A stretch of 63,725 nt of DNA, the filler included, from Folioceros fuciformis (lineage: Eukaryota): assembly GCA_049999805.1 (NCBI GenBank). It is 19 parts of 19 records of this genome, joined end to end, with 100 filler letters (N's around TTAATTAATTAA, not from the genome) between each part and the next. Parts side by side here need not be neighbours in the genome. Positions count along the whole stretch, not along the records: positions 51,399 to 52,775 come from JBNGIO010006570.1; positions 52,876 to 54,459 come from JBNGIO010006571.1; positions 54,560 to 56,873 come from JBNGIO010006572.1; positions 56,974 to 58,877 come from JBNGIO010006573.1; positions 58,978 to 60,144 come from JBNGIO010006574.1; positions 60,245 to 63,725 come from JBNGIO010006575.1; 13 more parts are not named here. The stretch is one strand, 5' to 3'. A program made the position numbers and the translations under genes. The notes under the pieces were generated by a model. The model worked only from the letters and a program-made list of their open reading frames with translations, was not told the DNA's origin and did not search any database. Positions within the stretch are counted from its first letter, which is position 1. Every line of letters begins with the position of its first letter. Below are positions 51,399 through 63,725 of this stretch, piece after piece.

Positions 51399-52775
51399 GT
51401 GCATGGCAAGGGTAGTGTGAGAGTTGACTTCACATGTACGATACGATTGCTAATAAACAAATTTAAAGCTTTGCATTGGAATTGGGGCACGCGCACGTGC
51501 ATGTTCTTCTCCCTTCCCTTTGATTTGACGCCCTCGGCCAACCTGCGAGTGCGCCGCTTGACCATGCTGCCGACGCGGCACCCGCGACTCGACCATGAGT
51601 GCGGCGGCAGCTGCGTCCCCCTTGCACCGACGCCGCCGCGTCCCACATACGCGCCGTCACGGTGGATTGAGCAAAGCTCCAGCCGTGAAGGTCATAGCCA
51701 ATTGCTAGGCTACGGTGGACAAAGCAATGAGCCAGCTGATCTTTGGCCAGAGGGCCGTGGCGGCATGAATGGCAGCCGTAGCACGAGGGGCATGCGCAGG
51801 TAGCTAGAAGATTAGGTTAGCTAGAGTCAGCGACTAACCTAGGGATAACTAACAATAGTTAGTCGAACTCTAGTCCTAGTCAGCTGAACCCTAGTAGGGA
51901 ACAACGTTGGACCACGTGCTCGAGCAGGGGCACGGACTACTTGAGCCCGTTCCCAAGATCCAAGGAGGACCGTCTCCTAGCTTTTCAGCGCTCCTAGTGC
52001 CCTTGGTCGCCCACCTCGCACAATGCCGCTTACTTACACCTTGGTATCGGAGCCGGACGATCGGATCAGTGGGGTCACTCCAGTAGAGTGCATCGTCTCG
52101 GTCCAGGAGTGGATTAGGAGGCCGCGGTATGGGAGCTCGGGGCGGACCATCGAGGAGTGGGGAGAAGTGACCGGAGCGGGAGCTTTGGAGGCATGGCGTG
52201 ATGTTTGGATGCAAATTGTTTGCACCTTGTATTGCCCCTACATATGGCGCATAACACATGAAAGTTCCGAAGGCGCACAAGAGCTTGTGGGGCGGAAGGT
52301 GTGGGAAAGGAGCCGTGGACTTTGAAGACGGGAGCTAGAGCAAGGTGTAAGAAGGGATGAAAAGTCAAAGTCGCGGGAGAAAGAGGAGCGACGAGATGAG
52401 GAATGAGGCGAGCTCGAAAGCGTTCTTGGCACTAAATGTGCAGGAGGCACGATCGATGGCTGCCAATGAGTGATTGGAGAGCACCCACGCGAACGACTTA
52501 GTTCAGGTTGGCATTTTTGTCCTGCGTGGCATGAGGGCACAAGACGGATGAACGACTCATAATCGTTCCTTGGCTCTCGATATCGCATGTTCGAGCTCTC
52601 CCAACTTTCGTGCGCGCGAGCCACCCCGGGTGTGTCGTTGCAACGCAAACTTCCTTGGCCTTTGGTTCCTTCCATCTCCTCCAATGGCTCTATAAAAGCC
52701 GGCATGCATACGTGAGATATCAAGACAAGTGAGAGCGCGAGGCTGCCCACGTGTCCGTGGCCGCACCTACACCCA
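51399..52775 (+). mobile_element. LTR retrotransposon LTR/leader fragment
   Basis: ..TTACA (52038) followed after 3 nt by a PBS-like TGGTATCGGAGC (52042-52053); no intact ORF. Confidence 0.5.
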
Positions 52776-52875
52776 NNNNNNNNNNNNNNNNNNNNNNNNN
52801 NNNNNNNNNNNNNNNNNNNTTAATTAATTAANNNNNNNNNNNNNNNNNNNNNNNNNNNNNNNNNNNNNNNNNNNN

Positions 52876-54459
52876 GTGTTGCCGGCTGTACAGTGTCTGG
52901 TAGGATCGCGGGCAGCGTGTTGCCGGTTGTATAGTGTCTGGTAGGATCACAAGGTGTAATGACCAGGGTGTAGGGGCTTGCCCCTAGCTCTTGATTGTAA
53001 AGGGTGTGTCTTTCTCTCAACCTGTCCACTCTTGTTCCTTGCTTGGTCAAGTGTTGTAGGCCGGCCATGTCTCATGGTGTCTGGTAAGGTTGTGGGGAGG
53101 AGATACCCAAGAGGGGAGTGTGTTCCCTTCGTCCTTTTGTTTGGAGTTAGTCTAGTGACTCTTGCCGGGTAGGAGGAGTCCGTAGGGAAGTGTAGAAGGT
53201 AGTGGTGTCGTTGCTGGTTGCTCGTAGTTGTTGGTGTTGGTGCTGGAGTAAGAGAGTGAGTGAAGTGAGTGAGGGAAGTCACAGATCTGAGAGGTTAGGG
53301 TCGTTGTAGTGACTGGAGTGAGTTTGTGGGCACCGAGAGAGGTGCAGCTGACCGCCGGACAGCGAGGCCTGTCCTACGCCTGATCGGAGCTGGAGGGGAG
53401 CCCTCGAATCCATCATCGAGTTGATCAAGTCCGACCCTCCATCTACAGCAGCAAGGAACCCCATCGCTCCTTCGTGGGAACGAAACCCAATGTCTCAACG
53501 ACAGTGGGATAAGTGTGGCCACTAAAGGTGGAACCTGTCGGCAATCAGTGCCCGGGGTTTTGCCTCCACATCTTCGCTCAGAGTACCATATAAAAAGGCG
53601 GTTTTGACGTCGACTTGNNNNNNNNNNNNNNNNNNNNNNNNNNNNNNNNNNNNNNNNNNNNNNNNNNNNNNNNNNNNNNNNNNNNNNNNNNNNNNNNNNN
53701 NNNNNNNNNNNNNNNNNGTGTTGCCGGCTGTACAGTGTCTGGTAGGATCGCGGGCAGCGTGTTGCCGGTTGTATAGTGTCTGGTAGGATCACAAGGTGTA
53801 ATGACCAGGGTGTAGGGGCTTGCCCCTAGCTCTTGATTGTAAAGGGTGTGTCTTTCTCTCAACCTGTCCACTCTTGTTCCTTGCTTGGTCAAGTGTTGTA
53901 GGCCGGCCATGTCTCATGGTGTCTGGTAAGGTTGTGGGGAGGAGATACCCAAGAGGGGAGTGTGTTCCCTTCGTCCTTTTGTTTGGAGTTAGTCTAGTGA
54001 CTCTTGCCGGGTAGGAGGAGTCCGTAGGGAAGTGTAGAAGGTAGTGGTGTCGTTGCTGGTTGCTCGTAGTTGTTGGTGTTGGTGCTGGAGTAAGAGAGTG
54101 AGTGAAGTGAGTGAGGGAAGTCACAGATCTGAGAGGTTAGGGTCGTTGTAGTGACTGGAGTGAGTTTGTGGGCACCGAGAGAGGTGCAGCTGACCGCCGG
54201 ACAGCGAGGCCTGTCCTACGCCTGATCGGAGCTGGAGGGGAGCCCTCGAATCCATCATCGAGTTGATCAAGTCCGACCCTCCATCTACAGCAGCAAGGAA
54301 CCCCATCGCTCCTTCGTGGGAACGAAACCCAATGTCTCAACGACAGTGGGATAAGTGTGGCCACTAAAGGTGGAACCTGTCGGCAATCAGTGCCCGGGGT
54401 TTTGCCTCCACATCTTCGCTCAGAGTACCATATAAAAAGGCGGTTTTGACGTCGACTTG
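52876..54459. repeat. 742-bp segment duplicated across a 100-N gap; contains a 41-bp tandem unit and a copia RT motif on the minus strand
   Basis: 52876-53617 matches 53718-54459. gtgttgccggYtgtaYagtgtctggtaggatc occurs at 52876 and 52917; the minus strand from 53617 reads QVDVKTAFLYGTLSE. Confidence 0.85.
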
Positions 54460-54559
54460 NNNNNNNNNNNNNNNNNNNNNNNNNNNNNNNNNNNNNNNNN
54501 NNNTTAATTAATTAANNNNNNNNNNNNNNNNNNNNNNNNNNNNNNNNNNNNNNNNNNNN

Positions 54560-56873
54560 TTCCGAGCAGCTGATGGCTTCCTTATATGATAGAGGCTCCC
54601 CTAGGTTATCTGGTGTGCCATCCGTTTGTACCAAGAACGAACCGTACGTCAGAGGTGGTGTCTCCCATTTTGCAGGTGAAGAGGTATGTCTTCTCCCACT
54701 CCTACGAGGCTGTTCAGTTTCTGTAGGAGCTGATTGGGTGCTCTCACCTGCATCCAGTTCTAACGCTTGCTGATAATTGCCATCAGGAACCCCAGTGTAA
54801 CTATTGCCACTCCCACTGCTACCGGCACGACTGCTGCTTGCACCATTACTGTCAACCTCACTTTGTTCTTGCACCGGTACCTCGTCATCATCGTCATCAT
54901 GGAACATGCTTGGTATAGTGTCATGTGTTAATGGTGGCACATAAGGAGCAGGAGGAGGAAGACTCAGTGATTGGTACGTACCCTCATTGTTGTTTTCATA
55001 GTTCTCATAATCATAGGGTTCAATTGCTGCAACTTCTTCCAGTGAAAGTGGTTTGTAGGGTTCAGGTGGGAAGGTCAGCAGCGACTGCTCATCGAAGATC
55101 ACGCTTCGGCAGTGTGTAGTTGTTCTGGCATCTGGATCGAACAGCTTGTACCCCTTGATGCCCTCCGTATAGCCTACAAAGACGTATTTCCTTGCCTTGT
55201 AGTCCAATTTGACTCTTTGGTCCTCAGCCAGGTCAGCATATGCTGAAGATCCAAACACTCTAAGATGATTTATTCTGGGTTTGTGTGAAGTCCAGCACTC
55301 GAAAGGGGTAGAGCCTGTGTAGGCACTTGTTGGGATCCGATTTCGGATGTATACAGCTGTTGCAACTGCCTCACCCCAGTAGCCACGTGACGTCTTGCTT
55401 GCTGCAGCATTGTTTCTGCTATTTCCTGCACGTGTTTGTTATTAACCTCAGCTATGGGGTTCTGCGCAGATGTATACGGGGTAGTAAGCTGCCTACCAAT
55501 TCCTTGGCTTTTGCAAAAATCATCGAAGGAATCAGAGGTATATTCACCCCCATTGTCACTTCTCAGAACCTTTAGCAGCTCTCCAGTTTGCCTCTGGGCA
55601 TAGTTTACATATTCTGTGAAACATCCAAGTGTCTGACTCTTCTGCTTGATAAGATAGACCACCGTATGTCTGATCCAGTCATTGATAAAGGACAAGAAGT
55701 ATTTTGCCCTGCCAAATGAAGATGTTGACATGGGCCCGCAGATATCTGAGTGCACAAGCTCTAGAAGCTTTGTGGCACGTGTTGGATTGCTGTCCTTGAA
55801 TGGAGCACGATGGTGTTTGCCAAAAACACATGCGTCACAAAATGGCTTGTCTGCTGCAATTTTCACCTCGAACTTCTCCCTGTACAGTGACGGATTGTTC
55901 ACCATGTACTTGATCTTGTCGAAGTTGGCATGTCCCAGCCGACAGTGCCAAAGAATGGTGTCTCTTTCTGCTTGTTTGGCTTGGCTGAGGTTGACTACTA
56001 GACCTCCCAGCTTGTACTGGATGTCAAGCTGATACAGGTTATGGATAGGTGTCCCTATTGCCACGACCTTGCCCTTTGACTGCTGGTCTGTTATATGACA
56101 TTCACCTCTAGCAAAAGTTATGCTAAGCATGTGCTGTGTGTCAAACAGATATAAAGAGACCAGGTTCTTCACCATGGCTGGCACATGAAGAACATCAATC
56201 AGGTCTATTGTTGCACCACTTGTGAGTAGGACTGGAACCTTTCCTACACCAGCAATGGGTAACCCACGATCATCCCCTAGCAGGACGACCTGACCTCTTG
56301 GTATTTTGCGATACTCAGAAAAGGCTGCAAAAGTATGGCATACATGTGTAGATGCACCCGAGTCTAGATACCATGCGTGCTTAAACTGAGGTGTAGACAC
56401 CGTGTAAACTGCAAGTAGGGTTGGAGATTTCCTGAGCACAGTGTTTGCCTCAGGTGGAGCAGTACGGCGAGGCTCTCCTGCCTTTTTCTTGCGGCAGTCA
56501 GCCTCCTAGTGTCCAGGAATGAGGCACCAGTTGCATGGGCCTTTCTTTTTTGCTGCAGGAGCTGTAGGGCGCCGTTTGTAGTTTGCATTGCTTGCATTGT
56601 TTTGATGTTGAGAAGCTTGCCGGGGTGGCTGCCTTCGAGGGCCTCTGTTAGTGTAGAGTACCCTACTTGAGGTCTCTCCCCTGGAGGAGGTACCACCTTT
56701 GCTGGCGTTTCTCGTGGACTCCTCCTCCAGGAGGGCTCCAATGAGATCAGAAAGTGTCACTGTAGGAGTCTAACCTGCAGGTGTGGCCTGAGCCACATTC
56801 TGAGATGCGTACAATGATTACTCACAAACACCCTGTAGCTGTCTGGCAACGACAAGAGAAGAGCAACTGCTGC
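54560..56873 (-). mobile_element. Copia family 3 fragment: gag C-terminus, protease, integrase (disrupted)
   Basis: CNWCLIPGH*EADC, WYLDSGAS, WHCRLGH..CDAC, HSDICG, LRSDNGGEY. Confidence 0.92.
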
Positions 56874-56973
56874 NNNNNNNNNNNNNNNNNNNNNNNNNNN
56901 NNNNNNNNNNNNNNNNNTTAATTAATTAANNNNNNNNNNNNNNNNNNNNNNNNNNNNNNNNNNNNNNNNNNNN

Positions 56974-58877
56974 TCTCTTAAGGTACGTGTCGATTCGATT
57001 ATACCAGGCTCGAGGTGATTACTTCAAGCAGATTGTCTTTATTAATCTGCAGACCTTGTTAGGATGAACTGGATCCTGGAAGCCCTCCGGCTGTCTCATG
57101 TAAATCGTCTCTTCTAGGTTCCCGTTCAAGAACACAGTTTTAACGTCCATATGTTCCATGACATAATCCCGCTGGGCTGCAATAGCAAACAATGTACGTA
57201 CAGACGTAACCCTTACTACAGGGGAAAAAGTTTCAGTATAGTCAAGTCCTTCGACCTGATTGTATCCCCTTGCAACAAGCCTTGCCTTGAAGCATGCGAC
57301 GCTTCCATCTGCAGCAAGTTTCTTCTTGAAGACCCACTTGTAGGTCACTGCCTTCCTATCCTTTGGTAAGTCCACCAGTTCCCACATGCCATTGTCAATC
57401 AATGACTGATATTCAGAATCAATGGCATCCTTCCATTTAGCTGCTTCCGAGCAGCTGATGGCTTCCTCAAATGATAGAGGCTCCCCTAGGTTATCTGGTG
57501 TGCCATCCGTTTGTACCAAGAATGAACTGTACGTCAGAGGTGGTGTCTCCCATTCTGCAAGTGAAGAGGTATGTCTTCTCCCACTCCTATGAGGCTGTTC
57601 AGTTTCTGCAGGAGCTGATTGGGTGCTCTCACCTACATCCAGTTCTAACGCTTGCTAATAATTGCCATCAGGAACCCCAGTGTAACTATTGCCACTTCCA
57701 CTGCTACCGGCACCACTGCTGCTCGCACCATTACTATCAACCTCACTTTGTTCTTGCACCGGTACCTCGTCATCATCGTTATCAGGGAACATGCTTGGTA
57801 TAGTGTCATGTGTTGATGGTGGCACATAAGGAGCAGGAGGAGGAAGACTCAGTGACTGGTACGTACCCTCATTGTTGTTTTCATAGTTCTCATAATCATA
57901 GGGTTCAATTGCTGCAACTTCTTCCACTGAAAGTGGTTTGTAGGGTTCAGGTGGGAAGGTTAGCAGCAACTGCTCGTCGAAGATCACGCTTCGGCAGTGT
58001 GTAGTTGTTTTGGCATCTGGATCGAACAGCTTGTACCCCTTGATGCCCTCCGTATAGCCTACAAAGATGTATTTCCTTGCCTTGTAGTCCAATTTGACTC
58101 TTTGGTCCTCAGCCAGGTGAGCATATGCTGAAGATCCAAACACTCTAAGATGATTCATTCTGGGTTTGTGTGAAGTCCAGCGCTCGAAAGGGGTAGAGCC
58201 TGTGTAGGCACTTGTTGGGATCCGATTTCGGATGTATACAGTTGTGGCAACTGCCTCACCCCAGTAGCCACGTGACAGTCTTGCTTGCTGCAACATTGTT
58301 TTTTGCTATTTCCTGCACGTGTTTGTTATTAACCTCAGCTATGGGGTTCTGCGCAGATGTATATGGGGTAGTAAGCTGCCTGCCAATTCCTTGGCTTTTG
58401 CAAAAATCATCGAAGGAATCAGAGGTATATTCACCCCTATTGTCACTTCTCAAAACCTTTAGCAACTCTCCAGTTTGCCTCTGGGCATAGTTTACATATT
58501 CTGTGAAACATCCAAGTGTCTGACTCTTCTGCTTGATAAGATAGACCACCATATATCTGCTCCAGTCATCGATAAAGGACAAGAAGTATTTTGCCCCGCC
58601 AAATGCAGATGTTGACATGGGACCGCAGATATCTGAGTGCACAAGCTCCAGAAGCTTTGTGGCACGTGTTGGATTGCTGTCCTTGAATGGAGCACGATGG
58701 TGTTTGCCAAAAACACATGCCTCACATAATGGCTTGTCTGCTGCAATTTTCACCTCGAACTTCTCCCTGTATAGTGACGGATTGTTCACCATGTACTTGA
58801 TCTTGTTGAAGTTGGCATGTCCCAGCCAATAGTGCCAAAGAATGGTGTCTCTTTCTGCTTGTTTGGCTTGGCTGAGG
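56974..58877 (-). mobile_element. Copia family 3 fragment: integrase and RT (second, slightly diverged copy)
   Basis: Nearly identical to 54560-55990 and 59625-60144, with scattered substitutions and different frameshifts. Confidence 0.92.
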
Positions 58878-58977
58878 NNNNNNNNNNNNNNNNNNNNNNN
58901 NNNNNNNNNNNNNNNNNNNNNTTAATTAATTAANNNNNNNNNNNNNNNNNNNNNNNNNNNNNNNNNNNNNNNNNNNN

Positions 58978-60144
58978 CAGATGTGGACTTCCTTGTGTCA
59001 GTGTCCGACGCCCAGTCGGCATCAAAAAACCAGGTCAACAGTAAGTTTTCATGACGCTTCTTGTGCAGCAAACCCAGTTTTGGTGTGCCCTTTAAGTAAC
59101 GCATGACCCTCTGAACTGCTGTCCAGTGAGATGTGCCATAGCAAGTCAGAAACTGTGTAGTTACTCCCACTGCGTGCGATAGGTCTGGATGTGTCCAGTT
59201 CCTACAGTAAATCAAAGAGCAGACAACTGATCTATAGGGTACTTTCTCCATTTGCAATCGTTCGTCCTCAGTCTTAGGAGACTGTTCCATGCTTAACTTC
59301 TCTCCCACAGCCATCGGGGTAAGAGCTGGCTTACAGTCTGTCATTCTGTATCTTGCAAGGATTTGACTAACATACTGCGCTTGGTGAATTAGCACAGTAT
59401 GTGCTGCAAGATCTTGCTGAATTTCAATGCCTAGGAACCAGGTGTGCCTGCCCAGATTTGACATGGAGAATTCAGAGGTGAGAATACCTTTCACCTTGGC
59501 TGTTGACTTTGGGCTGCTGGATATGATAACTGCATCATCCACGTACAGGGCTAGGAACACAATACCATCCTTGTCCTCCAGCTTATAGACATTCGAGTCT
59601 GCTTCACTTTGATTGAAGCCAGATCTCTTAAGGTACGTGTCGATTCGATTATACGAGGCTCGAGGTGATTGCTTCAAGCCATAGATTGTCTTTATTAATC
59701 TGCAGACCTTGTTAGGATGAACTGGATCCTGGAATCCCTCAGGCTGTCTCATGTAAATCGTCTCTTCCAGGTTCCCGTTCAAGAACGCAGTTTTAATGTC
59801 CATATGTTCCATGACATAATCCCATTGAGGTGCAATAGCAAACAATGTACGTACAGACGTAACCCTTACTACAGGGGAAAAAGTTTCAGTGTAGTCAAGT
59901 CCTTCGACCTGACTGTATCCCCTCGCAACAAGCCTTGCCTTGAAGCGTGCGACGCTTCCATCTGCAGCAAGTTTCTTCTTGAAGACCCACTTGCAGGTCA
60001 CTGCCTTCCTATCCTTTGGTAAGTCCACCAGTTCCCACGTGCCATTGTCAATCAATGACTGATATTCAGAATCAATGGCATCCTTCCATTTAGCTGCTTC
60101 CGAGCAGCTGATGGCTTCCTTATATGATAGAGGCTCCCCTAGGT
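58978..60144 (-). mobile_element. Copia family 3 fragment: RT and RNaseH start
   Basis: FKARLVARG, MDIKTAFLNG, YGLKQSPR, LYVDD, FDADWASD. Confidence 0.93.
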
Positions 60145-60244
60145 NNNNNNNNNNNNNNNNNNNNNNNNNNNNNNNNNNNNNNNNNNNNTTAATTAATTAA
60201 NNNNNNNNNNNNNNNNNNNNNNNNNNNNNNNNNNNNNNNNNNNN

Positions 60245-62251
60245 ACGGAGGCTACGCTGTAGACGTCGAGTCCGTTGTGCCTTCACAGAAAGATAGCGAA
60301 GGTGAGAATCTGTGAGACAAGGAGAAACGTCTAGTTGAAAGGTGGAGCCGATACCTTATAGTGAAGGGGTCTGGAAAGATGGAGACTGCGCTGCCCTCAA
60401 GCCCACGGGGATCCAGGCGTGTAGGGAGGGGCTCTCGCTTGAATCTAGAGCCGCCCAGATTGACAGTTACTTTAGCACCCGGTCTTCGGAGGCCGATTGT
60501 GGGGACGAGGCCCTCCCCATTGATGTCCACGGGATTGGATGCCACAAGCTCCCCGTTCCTGGTAAAGAAGACTTGGTGCATCCCGAAATGGAGGCCAGCA
60601 CCAATTGTGTCTCCGGATACGAAGCCCTGAACTCTCTCGTTACGTGATGTCATGAAAACCCCACCATCGCCATGGTAGCCGTAGGAATCTGGATACAACC
60701 CTGGCAGCATATTGTTCCTGAAGCTGGAAACTCGTGTGAAGCCCACTGCGATGTCACGGCCATGCCCAGTCATCACCTCCACCTCGAAGTAGTAGAAAGG
60801 GATACGTTCGGAACAAGCCCGGTTGGCTTGCACGGCCAGAGCACCGGGTGTGACCGAGACCAGTTCCAGGTACTCCGCTGTCAGGCAGGCGTTGGAGAGC
60901 CTCAAGACATTGAGTCTGGACATTTTCAGACGCCTGGGCTGCTCTTCCTCATCCGAGTACTCGTCTATGTCATCCTCGTCTGTGTCGTCGGATTGCTCCT
61001 CTAGGTTGCCAGATCCTGCAAGGTTACCTCCCATGTGCCAGTCCCCAAGAATCTCTCCCAAGGAAGCTAGCATGGGGTCACTAGTTGTTCTTGTTGTTCG
61101 ATTCGATCTGCCCACTGTCATCACAGTGAATGAATTCACTCCTTCTGAAACATCAGCAAAGTCACAACTTTGATGAGAAACAGGATACGGGGAATTCGTT
61201 TTACACGTACATGAGCCTTCATCTCTTCTTGGCACATCACGATGAGCAGGGTGCCTCGGAGTGGAGTGCTCTAGCTCCGGCTAGGTTCATGATGACGACA
61301 GAGAGCAAAAGAAAGTCACTACTAGTACAAGACAACGAAACATATGGAACTCGTCCACGTCGTCAGGAGAATCCTAGGAGCAGCCTTGAGCATGAAGTCT
61401 TACTTCAGGTGGTCGCCAAGCGCGGTGATCTCTCTGCAGCCACTGCAACAGGTCCTTGTACATGTGATTCTCCATCTCCAGTTTCTTTACTTTGTCTATG
61501 AGAGCTCTATTCTCCCTTTCACTTTTGTCGTTGAGTACTGCTTCAAGTTTCGCGTCGCTGCTCGTGCTTAGCTGTAAACTCCAACCAGAAATGATCATCA
61601 GCGGACACAACGTTCCTAGTCTAACAGCGTACTGCGACAGAATAATTGACCTCTGCTGGTTCAGGGCGAGCTAGGCAGAAACAAGCTAGTAGAGAAAACG
61701 GGTAGCAAAGAAAGTCATACATGGAGATTCGCCATGAGTAAATTCGTCTGGAATGAATCTCTAACGCGTTGCTGCAGTGACTGCAGAGAAAATTGAATGC
61801 GTTTTGACTTCCACATGGACTTCCAGCGGCTAAGTTTTAGAAGGAGATTGGCAGCTTCCTCCTGAGCTTTCTGGAGGTCCTTGCCCAATTCATCTACAAG
61901 TAGGAATCAAACAGTCAAAGAAGCTTCCAGTTGGTATGAGCAGCAAAATACCCTAGGCCAGCATACATTCACGAAATCCTTTCACATTCCAGGCTGCAAA
62001 ACATCTAGGGTTAGGAGCCTGGGATTTGAAGCAAGCCTTTCTGTACCAATAGCAGAAGCAGCTGCCGGGTTGTCGATGCGCGAAAACTTGTCATCTTGAA
62101 GCATCCGGACACTGGTCCGCAAGTTGTCCAGGAAGGATCCCACCTGCTCTGCCTCCGCGAGATTTTCCTTCCTCTTGTCGTAGCATTCCTTCACCGTAGA
62201 TATAATCCCCACCAGTCCTTGAGCGACGGAAAGGACCGTGACGACATCCAT
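60245..62251 (-). CDS. N-terminal helical-bundle (MLKL/MCAfunc/RPW8-like) plus coiled coil plus SPRY protein; exons 62251-62047, 61893-61721, 61571-61404, 61280-~60350; 3' end uncertain
   Basis: GT-AG introns join in frame. SPRY motifs YYFEVEV, IAVGF, LPG..DSYGYHGDG, GDTIGAG, VFFTRNG, LVPTIGL, VTVNLG; amphipathic helical N-terminus MDVVTVLSVAQGLVGIISTVKECYDKRKEN. Confidence 0.75.
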
Positions 62252-63204
62252 CCTCCTCCACGACGATTGTTCCACGAAATCAGGACAAATGAAGTGTGCC
62301 TTGCGCTCACGAACTCCGCCGTGCACTTCGCCACAGATTTGACGAACCCGCTTACCAAGTCAGGCCAAAGCCGCGGAAGAGTGCAGGTACTGCAGCGATG
62401 ACCACTTGCGTGCGACGCGGACGCCACTTCCCTTCACCAGACCCGGGGGGAACGGAGGAAAAGGGCCCACATGACGGAAAACAACCACCAACTAGACATG
62501 TCTTTCTTCTCACTCTTTGCCACTACTCTACAGGCGTTTGCGATCCTCATTCACTCACGGATATGAGTGTCAGATTGAAGCAGCAAGCCACCACGCAATG
62601 CGAGGCAGGCCGAAGAACACAGGACAGTATCCCCAGTGAAACTTGCTGAGAATGTTCTAAATGAACGAACTCGCTCTCCGTGCATTAGCCACAAAGGTAG
62701 AGCACTAGACAGAGCACGGAGTTCTAAATCCTCTGTGTTACAACAGAAGATGAGCAACTGAAACTCGAAGCGGGTGGCTGTTATTCCTGTGCATACTGTA
62801 GAGTATTCTAATCTGACTGATCCATGTGCAACTTTTCCCGTCTGACGTCGGGAGAAGGAAGCATAAAGGCATTGAGAAAGGTCCCGAGAAGCGCAGCGCG
62901 TGAAAGATAGTCACTTGCCAAGTTGTGTGCATAGACCTCGTGTGCACTGTTCAGCTGCTTTCCTTGCATCCCGGAGCCAAAGCCTCCAGAATCTCTAATT
63001 ACAGAGCGGGCATGGGTGCACGCCCACTCTCCAGTGCTGTCCTCCTCGTCAGTCATTGGCACCTCTCCACTACACGAGCACAGTCCAGTAGCAACTTGCA
63101 CCGACGAACAGCGTTCCGGACAGGGAGGGTTTTTGAGCAGTGCAAAAAACATGGAAGCCACACGCTGGCTGTGCTTGGGAAAGTACGAGTGATCCAGAGT
63201 GTGA

Positions 63205-63725
63205 TCAGGAGTGCTCGAATCCAATGATGTCGTGGAGTTGGATGATCTCAGAGCGGTCGCCGAAATTGGTGCGCTGCGCCTTCACGTCAACGCAGGACAG
63301 TCCAAAAAACATGGACACCACAACATGGCGAGCCAAGCCTAGTCCCTCCGCATCGTCAGCAATATCGATGACGAATTCTCCTTCCATCTCCACACCAGGA
63401 TCAGTGACGTAACGCACTTGCGCGGCACTTGAGCTGTAAATCCGCACAGCTAGGCTTTTCTGCCCCCTATGCTGAGGGTACAGATTGTGCTTGACACACT
63501 GATGAATCGCGATGGTTTCCCCTTTCCGAGCCAAGGCAGTGAAGCGAGTGCCGCATCTCTTTCCTCCCGCCGTGCTCACAGCGGCATCCTCAGGATCCCC
63601 AGGCTCGAACGGCAGCAGCTCCTGGATGCCATACGTCTTGCGGGAAACCCTAGAAACCACTGTTTGGGGGAAGAATCCGAACAGGACAGCGCCATGGCAC
63701 ACGGCGCGGCCGGGCTCAGGCGGCA
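63205..63725 (-). CDS. HSPA12-like (atypical Hsp70) protein, C-terminal part
   Basis: PEPGRAVCHGAVLFG..P..VVSRVSRKTYGI..F.PGDP..RF..LARKGE..IYSS..VSMFFG matches the HSPA12A/B-type C-terminus. Confidence 0.75.
   Translation of the reverse strand, partial: PPEPGRAVCHGAVLFGFFPQTVVSRVSRKTYGIQELLPFEPGDPEDAAVSTAGGKRCGTRFTALARKGETIAIHQCVKHNLYPQHRGQKSLAVRIYSSSAAQVRYVTDPGVEMEGEFVIDIADDAEGLGLARHVVVSMFFGLSCVDVKAQRTNFGDRSEIIQLHDIIGFEHS

Noticed and set aside
52876-54459. Apparent pair of LTRs or tandem duplication
   Set aside because: Identical copies abut a 100-N gap, the same artefact pattern as 5547-6808.

Overview
Eukaryotic plant DNA, not a contiguous locus. It is about 19 short contigs joined by 100-bp N/TTAATTAATTAA/N spacers, plus three plain 100-N gaps, so adjacency across spacers carries no biological meaning. 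Compact genes, ~85-170 bp GT-AG introns and PLS-PPR repeats with long L motifs suggest a non-seed land plant, most likely a hornwort (inference). Contents: (1) the 5' end of 18S rRNA with its ETS/IGS; (2) several Ty1/copia elements (one nearly intact, one full internal region with accessory ORFs, one internally deleted, fragments of a further family, and old relics); (3) a CRE-like non-LTR relic; (4) host genes for HMGB, a PLS-E+ PPR editing factor, an At4g14100-like secreted protein, NDUFAF3, a conserved coiled-coil protein, a MYST acetyltransferase (HAM1-like), PP1 inhibitor-3, an RKF3-like kinase, a SANT protein, an RNI-like LRR protein, a helical-bundle+SPRY protein and an HSPA12-like protein. 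The most notable candidates are: a copia element with an intact upstream coiled-coil/Cys-His ORF and a reconstructable ~356-aa antisense AT-hook/zinc-finger-like ORF; an LRR contig that closes on itself in frame as a 449-codon unit with no stop; and an MLKL/MCAfunc-like helical domain fused to SPRY. All family calls come from motif recognition by eye; no searches were run.
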